This document shows positions 12,062 through 27,100 of a stretch of 64,000 nucleotides of DNA, in pieces. The notes under the pieces were generated by a model. That model had not been told where the DNA came from. It was given only the letters and a program-made list of their open reading frames with translations, and made no database searches. The stretch lies in contig OZ193910.1 in NCBI GenBank assembly GCA_964276515.1, positions 558,001 to 622,000 of the forward strand, given 5' to 3'. The DNA comes from Gordius albopunctatus. Lineage: Eukaryota. A program made the position numbers and the translations under genes. Position 1 is the first letter of the stretch. Each line of letters begins with the position of its first letter.

Positions 12062-15000
12062 GTATAGACTAAAGATGTATGGTCGAGCAACGTTAAATTT
12101 TGATGAAGAGAGGTAAGTAATCCGCTTATCGCATCCATAAAGGCTTGTGGAAGGAATATTTACGTTGAGCCATAGTTGAAGGAGGAGTTTTTATAAGATC
12201 TATGTCATGGAACTTAATGGCAATTCCGTGGATGCGACCCAGCTACTTTAGGGATGCCGGCTCTTGACCGTTGAAGATATAGGGAAACAATGCCTTATTC
12301 CTCTGTGGTGTTCCCTTGGCTTACATATTTTACTCATCCATTTTTATGGCCTAAGTTTTACGAGATTTTTCTAGCGCTGGTACACTGGTTTGTGCCGAGT
12401 AACCGTGATATTTTTCTTTTTAGATATCGCGAGTTAAACTGGCACCTAAAAAGCTATTAAAAGGCTAAATTAAGAAATAAAACAATCAGTTACGAACCAT
12501 AGTTATTTTTACCTGTTAAAAAGAGCCTTCATTCCTTATTATTATTATCTTCGTTTTTATTTGTAATAAAAAAAGCGCATTCGTCCTATTTTTAATTTTT
12601 GTTAAAAATAAATTACACAATACACAATTATTATTATCATCCTCAATTATACAGAAAGAAAACCGAAAACTATTATTACTCGCAATATATTCCGATAAAA
12701 CACATCTTATCTATTTACAAAACACATTAAAGGTTTCCGCCGGGTCATCTAATTCTCTATCCGTTTGATAATCAAGCTTAAAAGGGATGGTGCCATGGGG
12801 TGGTAAAGTCGCAAAACTATCTCCTTTCAAAATGTCAGCATTGAGAAGCTCATATCAGCATGCAGAAGCTGGATCTAATGCCTACCGTGATTGTGGATAA
12901 TTCGAGTTTGTATAATGATCGATAAAAATTATGATAATGTATGCTCATTATTTAAATTTGTTCTTTAAATTGTATTACAATACTCCGGGCCGTTAAACAC
13001 TAAATATATTCATCAAAATTATTCCATAAGAATCCAAATGAATAATAGTTATTCGCAACTGTTGCTGAGTAAATGAAATTATTTACTATAAATTAAGGCC
13101 TATAAACATTTTTAAATCTAATTTTTAATTGTTTTCACTAATGAGTTTTGATTTTCCTAAAACAATCTATACAAAAATCAACATGCAAAATATGTTTGAT
13201 TATAAACATAGAGTAAATAGACTGCTCAAAGTGACGCCAGTTTTACCGCCATCTTGAAAATACAAAATAACGCATCTGGTAGGTAAGTTCGGTTATATAA
13301 TGGTTATATTTTAGTCTATGGGTTATATATATTTTAGTTTTTATAGGAAAAGAATGACGTATTGTACTACTATAAACTAATTCAAGAAACACAAAGCCGG
13401 ATTATTCTTACCACAAGTATTTTATATTTAATTTAATATATTCATAATAATGTTCTTTAAGTCTAAATTGATATATCTATTTAGCCTAATATATTTTTTG
13501 TATATAATTCTTATCTATTAATAGAATAAATTTAATTTATTATGATTATAACACATATTTTATCAAAATGGTACTTCTTATTTGTTATTTAATTATTTCG
13601 TGAATTTGTAATTTTATACCATTATTTACTAATTAATCATATTAATTGTTATGAAATTGATGGGCTCACTTTTATTTGTTTGTCCGTCCCTCCTGTCCAA
13701 CTTGTGAATTTTTAATAATTGTTGGGGAAACTTAATTAAGTTTTTAATGGCTAAGGATTATGCTTCTGTAAAAGACTTTTGTTTTGTTTTCGCACATAGA
13801 CTAGCTAATGACCGCTGGTTGGCTTAAAGTTTTTTGACCTCACCCGAGCCCAAATTCCATCATGTTTTTTTGCCCGACAAATTATTACTGTTTATGTAAA
13901 TTTCTTTTAGCTACTTGGCTAGGTTGTTGCTTTATAACGGATAATTGCGAATCTGGCTAAATAATTCCCTGAAAATTAATGCTGAACGTTGCTAACTTCT
14001 ACTTTGTCTGACCCGGCCAAATGCCGTAATCCATTTTTATTTTATGCCTGCAGGTTTGGCATTTATGGTATCTTAATTTCAAATGCAAAAATTAGTTTTT
14101 TGGGGTTGAAAATAAATTATGACCGTTTGTCAGCCGAAGGTGAACCATTTTGTCTTGTTCCGAGCCTCAGATTCTTAATTTCTTGTGACTTTTTCAAATT
14201 TTTGTTGGTGTGGGCGGCTAACTTTTTGGCCAAAATTGTATATATTTCTCTGACGCACTGCTCAGAGTTTACCCATTGCATCCCCCTCCCTCTTTACCCC
14301 TCCCCCTTTGGCCCCCCTTGCATGTCATCCCTATTTGCCTCGTATTTTACCCCTCTCGCTTAGAATTTAACCATTGTCCCCTTCCCTCTTTTTGATCCCA
14401 TTACAAAGCCTCGGCCCTCAACCCCCTTGTCAGAACTCGCTATTACGTCACTCGTCTCCCCTTCCCTCATACTTACACTCGCGTTGACGCAACAACACTT
14501 AAATGCACTATCATTGTTGCCGCCTTCTTTATGATTTTTACGGTGAAAATTCTTTATTGCTTATTACGTTAATCTTACTTTCTGAAGCTCGTCCCTCTTT
14601 TATTTTTATGAAAGAAATATCAAAATCTATTAAATGTAAATAATATTTAAAAAATCATAAGCGCATTAGTCCCAATCTATTTACAGAACAAAAATTAATA
14701 TGGAAGCCCACTATGCCGATGTGGTTAATAACAAATTTATTTAGTACTCAATCCAGTTATCCCCTTCTCGCCCATACATTGCATATTAAATGTGCTTAGT
14801 TTATACGGAGTATGGACGAGTTTTGTAAAAACAATAAACCAGGACTAGACCCAAGTTCCAAGGAGAAAAAACAGACTAGACGAGGTGTTGGGGTGCAAGT
14901 CCCAGCGCCCTTCTTCTCCTCTCTTTGCCGTCCCTGGTTTATATATATTAGATGATACGCGAGTTTTAATCGCCATTCTTGTTATATATTGAGTCGTGTA

Positions 15001-15154
15001 AATATCGGGAACAAATATTTATTTAATCAAGTGTCTATATAAACATTAAAATAATATAGCATTTGTTATAATAAATGTCTTATACATAATAATATTGCAT
15101 TTTTTAATGGGATAACTGATATAATAGCCAATCGTGTTAATAATGATATTTATA

Positions 15155-18100
15155 TTAATTCGGATCGGACGTAGCAGGTGACTCCGCTTCGTTTATTTTT
15201 TGTGGTTTAGGGGTAGAGGATATAATTGAAGAACGCCGTCTTAGCATAAAATAAATTTTGGGTATTGAAAGCATTATGATCTCAGTGTACAGAATTATAG
15301 TGAAAGGCAGTGCAATGCCTATAACGCTAGAAAAGCCTGCACGGCTTACAAACATAGAAATGCCTATTATGTATAATATGGTCGTTATCATGATTGAGGC
15401 TAATGTGAATTTAACTTCTTTGTAACCTAGAGACCTGAAGGGACCAGAAAAGGCTAAGATTTTGATGGCATAACGCAGGCATAGAAAGATAAAAAGAGAA
15501 ACGAGGAGTATTTGAACCAAGTAAATTCGCGAGTCACCAGTAAACAAATTACAATAAACCATCACTATTGCTGGTGGTGGAATATTAATCTTTTCCCCTA
15601 GCTCACTATAATTTGAAATAGATTTAGTGAAGTCATATATGTGGCTATATGTGTGTTCATATTTGTAGGAATAATCGTTAAAATTTTTTGTTCTAAGATC
15701 TGTTCCATCGTGCGCCAAATAAAGTCTTTCTCGTTTTTGGATGCTGCAATTTGTACCAATAATTAATGCGATGAAGGCAACGTTCTAATAAAAATATAAA
15801 AAACATTAGTTCATCGTGAGAAATCCATGAAAAGGATATGATTCGCTCTTAGGAAACCCATTCTCAAAGTACAGATTTATTAATTACATGTGTAGGCAAT
15901 TTATAAAGATCTTACCACAAATCCTATCATGGATATGACGGCAACTTCAAGTGACCTGGTTGAAGTTAATTTTTTCTTATTCGATAGGTAGACGGGATTG
16001 AGTTTCATCCAAAACATATACACTTTGCTGTATAAGTAACCAAACATGGTTGTTAGGCAATACATATTGAGGAACTGTGCAAAGCAGCATGAAAACTTGT
16101 TTTTGGCTAGGAACAATACTAAGAGCGAAACAAATCCTGCAATCATACCACTAAGATGCAAGTGGTATAGGTTACGCAGTTCAATCTGGAAATCAAGTCG
16201 ATGATAATGGCTAATGTATAGCATTATGCATATACACGTCAATATCAATCCCAATGTTGTAGATAAAATATTAAACAGTGACCAAAATTGGATGTCAGAT
16301 GTGTAGATTATTGGAAGCTTTTTACAGTGGCGACTCCTTTCTGTCAGCATCGTTTTGAAACGACATTCCTTATACACCGCGTTTGTATCACGTATAACTA
16401 AATCAACAGCTCTACATATAATAGGCCATTCATAGTTTGGGCATGTGAGACAAGGTTGGACCAAATTTGAAGTAAACTTTTGCCTTAAACTACACATTTG
16501 ACAACTCCAACAACATGGCAGCTGACTAGGTACACTGTATTCATATGCTTTGCATAATTTACTACATCGCGAAAATAGGACGTCACCAAGGCTATCATAA
16601 CTTTGATTATTCCATTCAAGATCACCATTGTTCAGGGTTAAAGTTTTATCAACAGGATCATAAGAACCCACCATGCTAATATCATAAAAACCGTTTCGAT
16701 TTTGTCGAAAATTACCTATTCTGATTTTTCGCGTCTTTTTATCCGTTTTAAGTTTTTTTACTTGAAATGCCACAAACGGATTTAAGTTATGGGTCATAAC
16801 ACATTTAATTAACAACTTTTTGTACTTAGTACCATTTTTAACGATGGGACATTTGGCCTTTATAAGTTGCTTTAAAGCATGAACTATCACATTAACCGCT
16901 GTTATTGTGAGGGATAAATGCATTTCGCTTTCCATCGAAACGTTTGGGCTAAGATACGAAATCAATTGGTAATTGGAATTTCTAATTGCCTTATATTTTA
17001 TATATAGCCAATGATTAAACCATGGGTTGGGCGTTTCATAACTAAACACCCAATTTCTAAAGGATTCTTTTGGGTTTCCATGGACCTCGTATATTATTAA
17101 AGAATCGCGTGCTATGCCTAATACACCAGCTCGCGTTAGTGAATATGTATCTGGCCAATCGTCAAAACATACGTACAACATGTTAGTTTGTTTTCCATTC
17201 GTCTCATTTTTGACCAATTGAAAAAATTCAATGGTCGAAGTTGAATCTAGGGAGAGTAAAGTCACTATGGGGTAATCTTTTTTGGTTCTATTGTTAATTA
17301 AGCCGTTTAAATATGAATGAGCTTGGGTCCCTTTCTGAGTCAGACTTGAAAATGCTATATTTGATACGGAGCAAGCGCCAATTTTTTGTAATCTTTCAGT
17401 CAAAATTTTAACATAAAATTCTTCAAAAAACGATTCCATGTATATCATAACGTAGATTGTCCAATTATATCTCTGAAACAACTCAATTACAGTATCTACG
17501 TAGACGTGTTGCGAGGAGGGTATATGATAAAAGAACTTGTATCTGGTAAAATATAAACGATTAAGTTTTAATAAAATAATGTACCACGAGACTTAATATA
17601 AACAGGTAAGCCACTTACATTTTCCGGGTCTCAAATGATTTGTAATTTGCGGTGGAACTAATTAACGGTATACGAAAGTGTTTGAGGTATGCAGCACTCG
17701 TTACAGATTGTACGCTACTGTACGGTCCAATGACACTAACTATTGGCACATTCTGGAGTTCTCTTAAACGCACCAAACGTAAGGTTTGCATCTAAACACA
17801 ACATTCATACTGAATATAATATTGATTCTTTAATCCATTAATCTGAATGTCATTGTATAAAATCGGTGGGTTAGGATTGATAAGGTAGGTAGAGGGAAAT
17901 GGAACGCGATATTTCTTGCTATCATAGCCCATCATCAGGGGAAAAATAAAAAAGGGGGAGAAGATGAAGTCTGAAAAAAATGAAGATGGGCTATAATAGC
18001 CAGAAATATCGCGTTATATTTCCCTCTATCTACCTTATCAATATAAACCTAACGATTTTATACAATAGCATTCATACATGTTGAATTAAGGATGATATAA

Positions 18101-18601
18101 GAAAGTTGGTTTTATTAATTATCAGACCATTAGTAAAACCTATTTCCTAATATAATAGATTGAACATTTCTGAGTAACTATGTTAAATTTTTTCATATTA
18201 AAGAAACTTACTAAAGTTTCAGCCAAATTTCTACATGTAGGTAATAAGTAATAGCCAAGTGTCAAATTATACAGCATACTAGGGTTAGCATTTATACTAT
18301 CAATTGCGTATATGATTGCGAAAGCAATAGCTATTTTGTTATCCTCATAGAGAACATCGCAACCGAGAACGTTGTCATTATTAGTCAATGCTTGAAATAC
18401 TTCCACCAATCCACCAATCATTAAATCACCATTCCTGCTTAAAGGTTCTAATATATCATCAACCCAGGACTCGTTCATGTTCGTATTGTCCGATCTGCTA
18501 TTTCGCACACTCGAGAAACAAAATCCACATCGCGTTTTTGTTAAAATAACTAAGAATACTAAGCGAATTAAATATGTTGATGATGATATGAAAGGTAACA
18601 T
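15155..18601 (-). CDS. Class C GPCR (divergent mGluR/CaSR-like): Venus flytrap, Cys-rich domain and 7TM
   Basis: Signal peptide, GDLMIGGL..FAIIYAIDSINANPSMLYNLTLGY, VIGPYSS..FRIPLIS, Cys-rich CSKLC..CCWSCQMC, and seven hydrophobic helices including KEVKF and IPKIYF. Four exons at about 18601-18212, 17792-17620, 17545-15916 and 15784-15155. Confidence 0.9.
17843..18076. mobile_element. Palindromic MITE in GPCR intron 1
   Basis: About 90-bp imperfect inverted arms (TGAATG..TTGTATAAAATCG..TTGATAAGGTAG..CGCGATATTTC / GAAATATCGCG..CTACCTTATCAA..CGATTTTATACAA..CATTCA). Confidence 0.75.
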
Positions 18602-21130
18602 TATATGTCAATGGTTTTAATGTGAATCCTTATATCAAGACACTGAAAATAAGCTAAATTAAACTCATGGATCGATAAGAAATTAGTATAAGTTAATTTA
18701 AAATCCATTATGATTTGGTGTCCTAGGCGTGACATATTTTCACAGTGAACGCAAATTCATCTTATTTAATTAGTTATTAGTAATAATTAAATCACGCTTA
18801 CTTCTGCCAATAATATCATACCTAACCTAAGAGTAACATTTTGTTTTTACCTAAAGTTTAAAGTATTTTTATTCTTTTTATATATTTATTTGCAATTGGG
18901 TAAACATTTTTTGTTTCCTACGCTACCAGGTGGGATACCGACTTTATACACATATGTCAATCCAATAAGCTTGCCCATATCCACTATTATATGATTAATT
19001 ATCGTTGAAGAAGCCTATAATAGGATTTGATTATAATTGAAATTACTCTTAGCTTGCATTGTCTTTTAAATTAAGACATCTGACTTCTCTAGTTTGCATG
19101 TTCGTCAGTTAATTGCCGTTTTATTAATGGAAGGCTAAAATGTTTGTATAGGTAATAATTAATATGACCTTAATGTATGTTAGCGCCTCAGAAAACATTT
19201 TTTAGATTTGCTTATTTTGTTGAATACTAATAGTAACTTTTTGTATTTGTGTTCAATATGCCATATAGTCAGCAATGACTTTAACAGAATCAATCTGAAA
19301 AACGTTCTCTTTTATTAATCTCTATGGGATATATGTGTATTGATTTTCATAAATTCACATTTGACAGATTTTGTATTATAAATGGAATTTCTATAAATTA
19401 TTTGCCAATTTTTGTAAAACAACAAACGGTCAAATCTAAACACCACCACATTGCTGAAATGTTTTATTACTAATTTTAAAAGGTTTTTTTGCTAATTTAT
19501 TCGCATCTCGCTAAGACTTGACGACCATAGATATCTGTTAGCGCATCTGCTTTATCGTCGGGACCATCCCAGGTGATTCTCAAGCTACCCTCATGCTTTT
19601 TAGGGCTAACTATGTCGGCACGTGATTTGATGATCAAGTAGCGACAACATAATTGGAAACAGCTGAGCCGTATGATACCGAGAATGAAACAATTGTTAGC
19701 ACAAGATTTGGAGATGCGCCTAATCTGTTTGCTCCTCCATGCGGGTGATAAGGTAGTGGGAATAGCAATGGTTGGTGTAGTGGATGGCAATGAATTCGCT
19801 TTTATCCCTAAAGAAAAAGCCTCTAGTGATATTACTCAGTAGCAATCTTTTCGTAATGGGGCGTTTAGATTCAGTTAGTTTAATTTAATCATATTACATT
19901 TTAAAATCTTTAAACCCTGTGCTAGACGTAGGCAATAACAATATGTCCGTATGCTACAATACATATTTAGGTGTTTTTATTAATGATATTTTCTTTAATT
20001 TTAGTTTCACTCAATATTAGTAAATGGGGTTTAAAGTCGACATAGTTTAGTGAATATCGCAAAGAGGTAATTAGAGCGATAAATGATTCATTTATGATTT
20101 TTATCACATTTGCCTGATCTAAGCTCGTCTTCGAACAAATAAACTTATTAATAAAACAAACAATAAAATATGCTGATTGAGCTTTTTGGATTAATCCACA
20201 CTTGTCTCTTATGACTTCAACACGTTTGCATTATATAAACTTATAAAAAACTGAACCCTTCGAATAAATCTTAGCACATAACAAAGCTGATTCAAATAGC
20301 ATATGATTGTTTTTGTACAATTATAAAATAATAGAACATAGCTCACTCGTGGTCAAGCAAGTCGAAAAATATGATAATATGAATAAGTAGTAGAAAAACA
20401 TTGTTTCTTGGCGCTCTCTATACTATGCGAATATTATGGAAAGGGTCGAGCAAATAAAAAATTTCTTTCGCTCAATGATGAAATATGGCCTAAACTTTGA
20501 TAATTCGAAAAAGATAAGGCCTACACTTTTATAGAGGTGGGTACAATTAATTGTATTAATTACACTTTTAATTAATGTCGCATTAGCTCTCCACGCTAAA
20601 GTCGTAACTCACCTTAATTATCTCGGTCTTAAGCATGACAACAATATATATGAACTTTATCAAAAATGTCATTGGTAACGTTACCTAAATTTGCTATTAT
20701 AAACCAAGCCTGCGACACAAAGAATTTCTAAAAATTTATTGTCCTTACTAAATTATCGTTCCTTCTAGAATACTCGGTGGATTTGCATAAATAAACGAAA
20801 TTTTGGCTTTATCACTATTTTTTACGATGCAATAAAATCTAAAATTTTTCATTCTAGTGTATTCATAAAATTTTGGTTTATTTATTACCTTGCATCTTCT
20901 GATGATATACTAAAAAAGTAGTTGTTTGAAGAATATAATGAGATTTCTAATTTGGGAGAGAAAGTATTCCCTTTAATATTTCCAAAATATTCTACCAAAT
21001 TAAATATACTTTATTTACAAATGGATACATTTACAATCACCGCGAATCAGAATATTTGAGGGTATAACGCCACAAGTATATACATTAAATATAACCAAAG
21101 CAATCATTACGTCAATGCATTTATAAAGGT

Positions 21131-24100
21131 TCAAATTTGTAGATTGTTATTAATTTTGGAGCCAGCTTTAATATTGTCACAACGCAGTGACGTTTCGTGT
21201 TGGCCGTAATTATTTAAGTGATTAGGGTTTTGTTTCCACGTTTTGTCTTTATCAATTGCTCCCACTAATTGATTTAATGCTGAGGTACATGATGACTTTT
21301 CGAAATAGTAATTTTTATCTTGAACCATACAGTTCTGTTTTGCCTGGACTTCCTTACGAAAGTTCTTTATTTTTTCCAAGCTTTCCCCTTTACCATCCCT
21401 TTCGTGAGGTGGTAGAGTTATTGGATTCCCTGGCATTGGGAAGTATGGCGAGCTGGGTAAACGCAGGGCCAGCAGTATGGAAGTAATCAAGGCGCATAGT
21501 ATCAGCATACATACTATCCCCGTAGCCACCATTTGGATGATATTGGTGTCGGGGTTTTGGCTCGTGATTTTAAGCACTAGCCCCGCACCAACAGGCTTTG
21601 TTATTGTGGGAGCAGAGATGGTTGGATGGGGAACGAAGTTTGTTTTCGTGTCTGGATAACATTAAGTGCGTATAATTGTGATAACTGATCAATTATTATT
21701 ATCAAGTTGATTGCATTCATAGGCGGCGTAGCCAGGGATGGTGGCAGGGAGAGGCGGCTGCCCCCTCCAAATTAAAAAAATCTTTTTTAAAATTTAAACA
21801 AAATTATGGCTATAATTACTAAAAATTATCATTTTGCCCCTCCCCCTCCAAATCCACTTCTGGCGACGCCCTTGACTGTATTTTAACTAACTTTTGTCGA
21901 TGTATCTAATGGTGGTAGCCAGTTCACACTTTACGATGGATGTCACAATACCCTGGCCTTTGACGGTTTGCTTAAAGGAAGATAAAAACATTGCGAGATA
22001 GCCGTCTTCGAAATTTTCTTTCCTATCCCTTTTAGTCGTAAACACCCTCTAATTAACAAAAAATTAAGAATGGATCATTATTTTAAGGTTCTTACCATGA
22101 GCACCAACATGGTGTCAGTTGAAGCATTGTCTTTTAGGCATTGCAGCCTTAGGCTCGGGGTAGAGGGGCTGATTATGCGCATTATTATGAGTTGATCTTG
22201 CAGGGTGGAATGAGTCCTCAAATGGTTACACGCCATCTCAACCGTTAAACCCTATGTGCGACAAAAAACTTTGGTAAACAAGTTTCGACGATTAATCATA
22301 TATCATAATAGGCGTAGGCAAGAATCCAAAAATTTGTTGAAATTTATTAAAATTTCAAAAAATTATCATTTCGCCCTTCCCTAAATTATTATTGCCCCCC
22401 CCCTCCTCTATTACCATTGCTGGCTGCGCCCATGTATATTATTATACGTTCGTTATATACGGTATCAATCCATATATGATTTTGGAAAGACAAAAAAGTA
22501 ATTTAGATCCAAATAAAAAGTTCTAATAAATCTGGAAGATAATTTATTTAATGGCACTTAAGCAATTCTAGATGAATCCATGATGACCGTAATTATATGC
22601 CTAGGCGTTTTTCAGAGATGCAATAATTTTTAAAAGTGGGTAAATTAAAGGCCAAGAAAAAGAAATAGAAACTTAGTATAACAGGATATAGTTTAGAAAA
22701 CATTTTTGGATTAGTGCGGAGCGGAAGACTGACCAGTGGAAGATGTGGTATATCGAGTTTTAGTCGAAACGCGTAACAGCTATCTGAGAATCCAGTCCCA
22801 GCGCCAACACCCAATCTCTCGCAGGTTCGGTCCAATATATTCGCCATTCCCTCACTAACATGATTTGAGTCCAAACAAATTCCAGCTTGGCTACTATAGC
22901 ACGGAGCCGTCAAACAAGGCTGCGATTGGCAGGTTTGGTCCGGCGACTGACAACTCGCCAAAAAGGTTAATGATTCGACCTCTTTCCCCCCTCCCAAACT
23001 GCATTTCGATGGGCCGCACCATATCTTAAAATGTATGCAAAAATATGAAACAAAATATTATTTAGTCGTAATGAAACTAAGCTTCCTTTACTACCAAAGA
23101 AACCTCTCAAGTTCCTTTCAGGGCTGACAATCTGCAGGGTTTCTTTTTAAAACGCTTGTAAATAGAAACTATAATTTGAAATTAAGACTTAATTGGGTGA
23201 TCGCCAGTTAAATTTTAAATCACTCGGGCTGTTTTATTTAGCACTGACGGCTTTTTTGTAATTTATAACAAATTTAAATATCTTAAAAAATTTATAGTCA
23301 CCGGTGCTATAAAATTGGCGTGAGATCATTCAGAATTAAAAAGTCCTAAATTCAAATCTTAAAAATATTTTTTAATGCTTAAGATACGGAGCGAGATAGA
23401 GATTTCAGAGAATGCTCAAAACTTAAAATCAGTTAAGGACGACACAAATTAATTCTAAAAAGTTTTAAAAAAGCACCTTTCACTGATAATGTTCTTTAAA
23501 TTTAACGGTTAAACGTTGAAGTTAAATCTAGATAGAACTATAAAAATTGTTACAGAATTTTCCAGAACCCTAATTTACAGCCATTAAAACCCGTATAAGT
23601 TTACACGGCACTTATTGGAAAAAATCAAAAGTCGGGCAGGGCGAAAAACTAAAAACAAGAACGTAAATTGGATATAATAACAATCAAAATTTACCTTGGA
23701 ACACAAAATTTTTCCATTGTAGCACAAGCATTTGTTGCAATCTTTAAAACCCAAAAAATTGGATTGAATAGCCCGCTTCATACTGCCCGTGTAATTCATG
23801 TGTTGACCGAGATGGTTTATGGGCGTTTTGGTGAAGCAATTTTGACCCTCCATCAATTCATCTGCATAATTAAATCCCCAAAAAAAAATATTTGCAATTT
23901 TTAGGGTAAAACTAACATAAACTTTTAAAAAATTTATAGATTAATTTGTAAATTTATATTTTATGCAATCTTCTTTTTGATACCACGGTTCAACAAAAAA
24001 AATAAACCAGCCTGCTTGCACATTTTGGCAGATGTTTTCGCGGTGAATACGAATATATTTTTAATTTTTTCCTAAAGTTTTTCAAATATATTTGCTGTCA

Positions 24101-27100
24101 AAGTTGGTGAAAACAGGGATGGGCAAACCAATCGGTAAAAGTTTAATTTATTCGATCTATAAATAAAGAGGAGAGAAATTCATTGTTGTTATTTTTTAAC
24201 AAACATCAAATCCTGTTAATCTATATATTCAGGCCCAGCCCGTTGTTCTATACCGTAAAATAAATATTAACAGTAGATTCTTCTCCTCCTTATTTATAAA
24301 TTAAATTTATTAAACTAAACGTTTTCCGATTCATTTGCCAGTTAATGACGCTTTAAAAACGCCAAAATCGCTGTTTTTACCAACTTTGACAGCAAATATT
24401 TCAAAGACTTGACGCATAGGAAAAAAATTGAAATATATTTGTGTTAACCGCGAAAAACTCTACCAGAATAGCAAGCAGTTTGTCGGTTGATTTCATAAGT
24501 CCATTATTTGTTGACCATTGACATTATAATGAGAGATCTTTTTCTTTTAATATAATGGCGTTGACGTGCCTTGTGTCAAAGTGTCCCCAAAATCAATAAT
24601 TTTGTGCAAACTATTAAAATGATCGAAAGGGCATATTTATGCGAAGGTACTCCATTAAGAATTCAACAAACTATTTGATCAAAAAAAGAAGAAGATATTA
24701 ATCGTTTTATGCCACCTGATTCCCTCAACAAAAGAAGAGAGACGACGAATGCTACAAGTCTCGAAAAGTACTGGACATTGAGGTACCGGCGAAGAGAGGG
24801 AGAGGACGACCCCGTGTCACGTGGAAAGGGCGCGTGGACAAAGTTATGAAAACTAAGAAGATTGATCAAGAAGACATGTACCCCTTACCCGATCAAGATG
24901 GAAGAAACCCATCAAAACAAACCCCACGCCACGACCACCGTGGGATCAAATACTTGATGCAAAATGATCATTTTTTGAAATTTTAGTCCCATAATTTTAA
25001 TAAATTTCAGAAAATTTTTCGATTTCCCCTACCTGTCCCCCCCCCCCCCCCATGGCTACGCCCATGAGAAGATAAAATATGATGTCCATTTAATTGGCGG
25101 CTAAAATTAACCTCGATTGGAGCAAAGGGCAATGCAATCCTATCCTATTAAAATAAACTTGACCTAGTCAAAAATTAAGCAGCTTATATAAGCGTAGGAG
25201 TGCACATAGGCCATAAACTCTTGCTTGTAAAACGGAAGAAAATAATGATGTAGGATATTTATCGAATTGAGAGACGTGACGAGACGACTATCCCTTAGCT
25301 ACGTTTTAAATTAATCTATGATCCTAATCAGCTCGTCCGTGTAGCACTTGAGAGTTCTTAATTAAAAATTTAGAAAAGAATATTTTATAGCATCCGATAA
25401 AATGATATTTAAAAATTGGGAAGAAATATTTGTTTTGGAATAAAAGTCCTAACAAAATTATCAAAATCTGGTGCGAAGAAAAAAAACCCGTACAGTGCCA
25501 CCCGGACCAAGCATTTAGTTAATATTCAAGGCAGTCGAGTGCAGAAAACAACCCTCTATAAGTTCAAATATTTCAGCGTGTGTGTGTATAGTAGCATGGG
25601 TGTAGCCAGGCCCCCCCCCTTTAAATCCAAAAATTTCTTCAAAATATAATATAATTATGACTAAAATTACTTGAAAAAATTATAATTTTGCTCTCCCTAA
25701 ATTGCCCCCTCACCCCACTCTAAATCTAATCCTAGCTCAGCCCACGTATACAACATCTGATAGTTGGACTCTAAGAATGGATTTTAAAAAAATGAGTCAA
25801 ACCTGAATCTCTATCTTTTCCTGTTATAAAACTTTTGCAAATCGTAATTTATGGTATTATATAAGCATAATAGCATAAATAAAATAGAGGAGGGGGGGAT
25901 AGCTTGTTTGAGACTTACACTTGAATTCACACAATTTCCCATAGTAACCGCGCGGACAATGACAATAATGCCGAGTTTGAGATGGAAATCCAGATAGGGT
26001 AGCTATAACAGCGGGTACGGGCAGGCAGATGCCGTTATTCAAGCACGGGTGCTCTGACAGAGAACAACCGAGGTTCTTAGAGATGGATCCTGCTAAAAAA
26101 GTAAATACCATTTTATATAACCTTATCATTTTAAAATAAATTTAAAGTGTGAGATAGTTATAAAAATAATAACCTCCTGGCCTGAGGGCTTGAATTGTTA
26201 TGTTTGTATTTATGAGCATCGATTTGTTGTTATTCTAAAAATAAAAATTATTAATATCATTAGTAATCAATAAATTTTATTAAAATTAATTTAAATTGTA
26301 ACTATTTTGACCAATTTTTTTTATTTTTGTGATCTCTAGTTTTTTGGAAAGATTTATAGCGATTTGGAATAATAAGGCGACGTCCAAAAGCTTGATATTA
26401 AAGTTAACGGTGTTTACAAAGCCAAAAAATGGCAAATTGATATTTTAAAAGCAATTTTATTTAAGTTGTATTAAGTGAAATTAAAATCGTTAAACAAAGG
26501 TTATTTTATTAAAAAGCCGGGGCGAAAAGTTATGTTAACGAACGGGCGAAGTATTTATGCTATTTTGAGAAAATAAAAAATATTGCTCCTTCCAGCATAC
26601 TAATTATAACCATCATGCCTGATGTAATTTGAAATTTCCAATAATTACAAATCAATCGAAATAACAAAAGTAGAGTAATAAGTAAGGGAATGATGGCAAG
26701 GAAGATACAAGCCGAGCGCACAGATATTAGGAAGAATAGCAAGTCTAGACTATTAGATAATTAAAGGGTCCTTCTTCATGTTTCTGACGGAGGGATTCAA
26801 TTTTACATTAAAACAACACAAATGTAAATTATAGCTAGCGAGTGTTCATGATTATCTTAAAATAAAGTTAAGATTGAATTCACCACTCCAAATGTTCTAG
26901 AAATTTCGAAATATTTAGAAAGATCTTTCCAACTAATTTGAGCTAAATCTTTCGACACATTTAATTCGGTTTATACGATTAAAAATAGCGATATTAAGCA
27001 GGTGTATAATATATATCATCATCCGTATACGAAAGAGTTTATATTTTTTAAAATTTTATAAGAATTGAATTCTAATGCCATTCACATCTACTAATAAGAT

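Noticed and set aside
10553..13320. CATAGA(C/G)...GTCTATG ends suggesting a P-element-like element
   Set aside because: Only short end similarity, with no matching 8-bp TSD and no transposase.
13989..14363. 124-aa ORF
   Set aside because: Non-ATG start, no domain, and it lies in C-rich repeat-like sequence.
19497..19800. GC-richer stretch with a 97-aa ORF
   Set aside because: No recognisable motif in the frames I read and no splice context. It may be a decayed repeat.
25105..25150. Possible extra mini-exon of the Serrate-like gene
   Set aside because: The splice combinations I tried introduce stops or break phase, and the flanking exons already join in frame.
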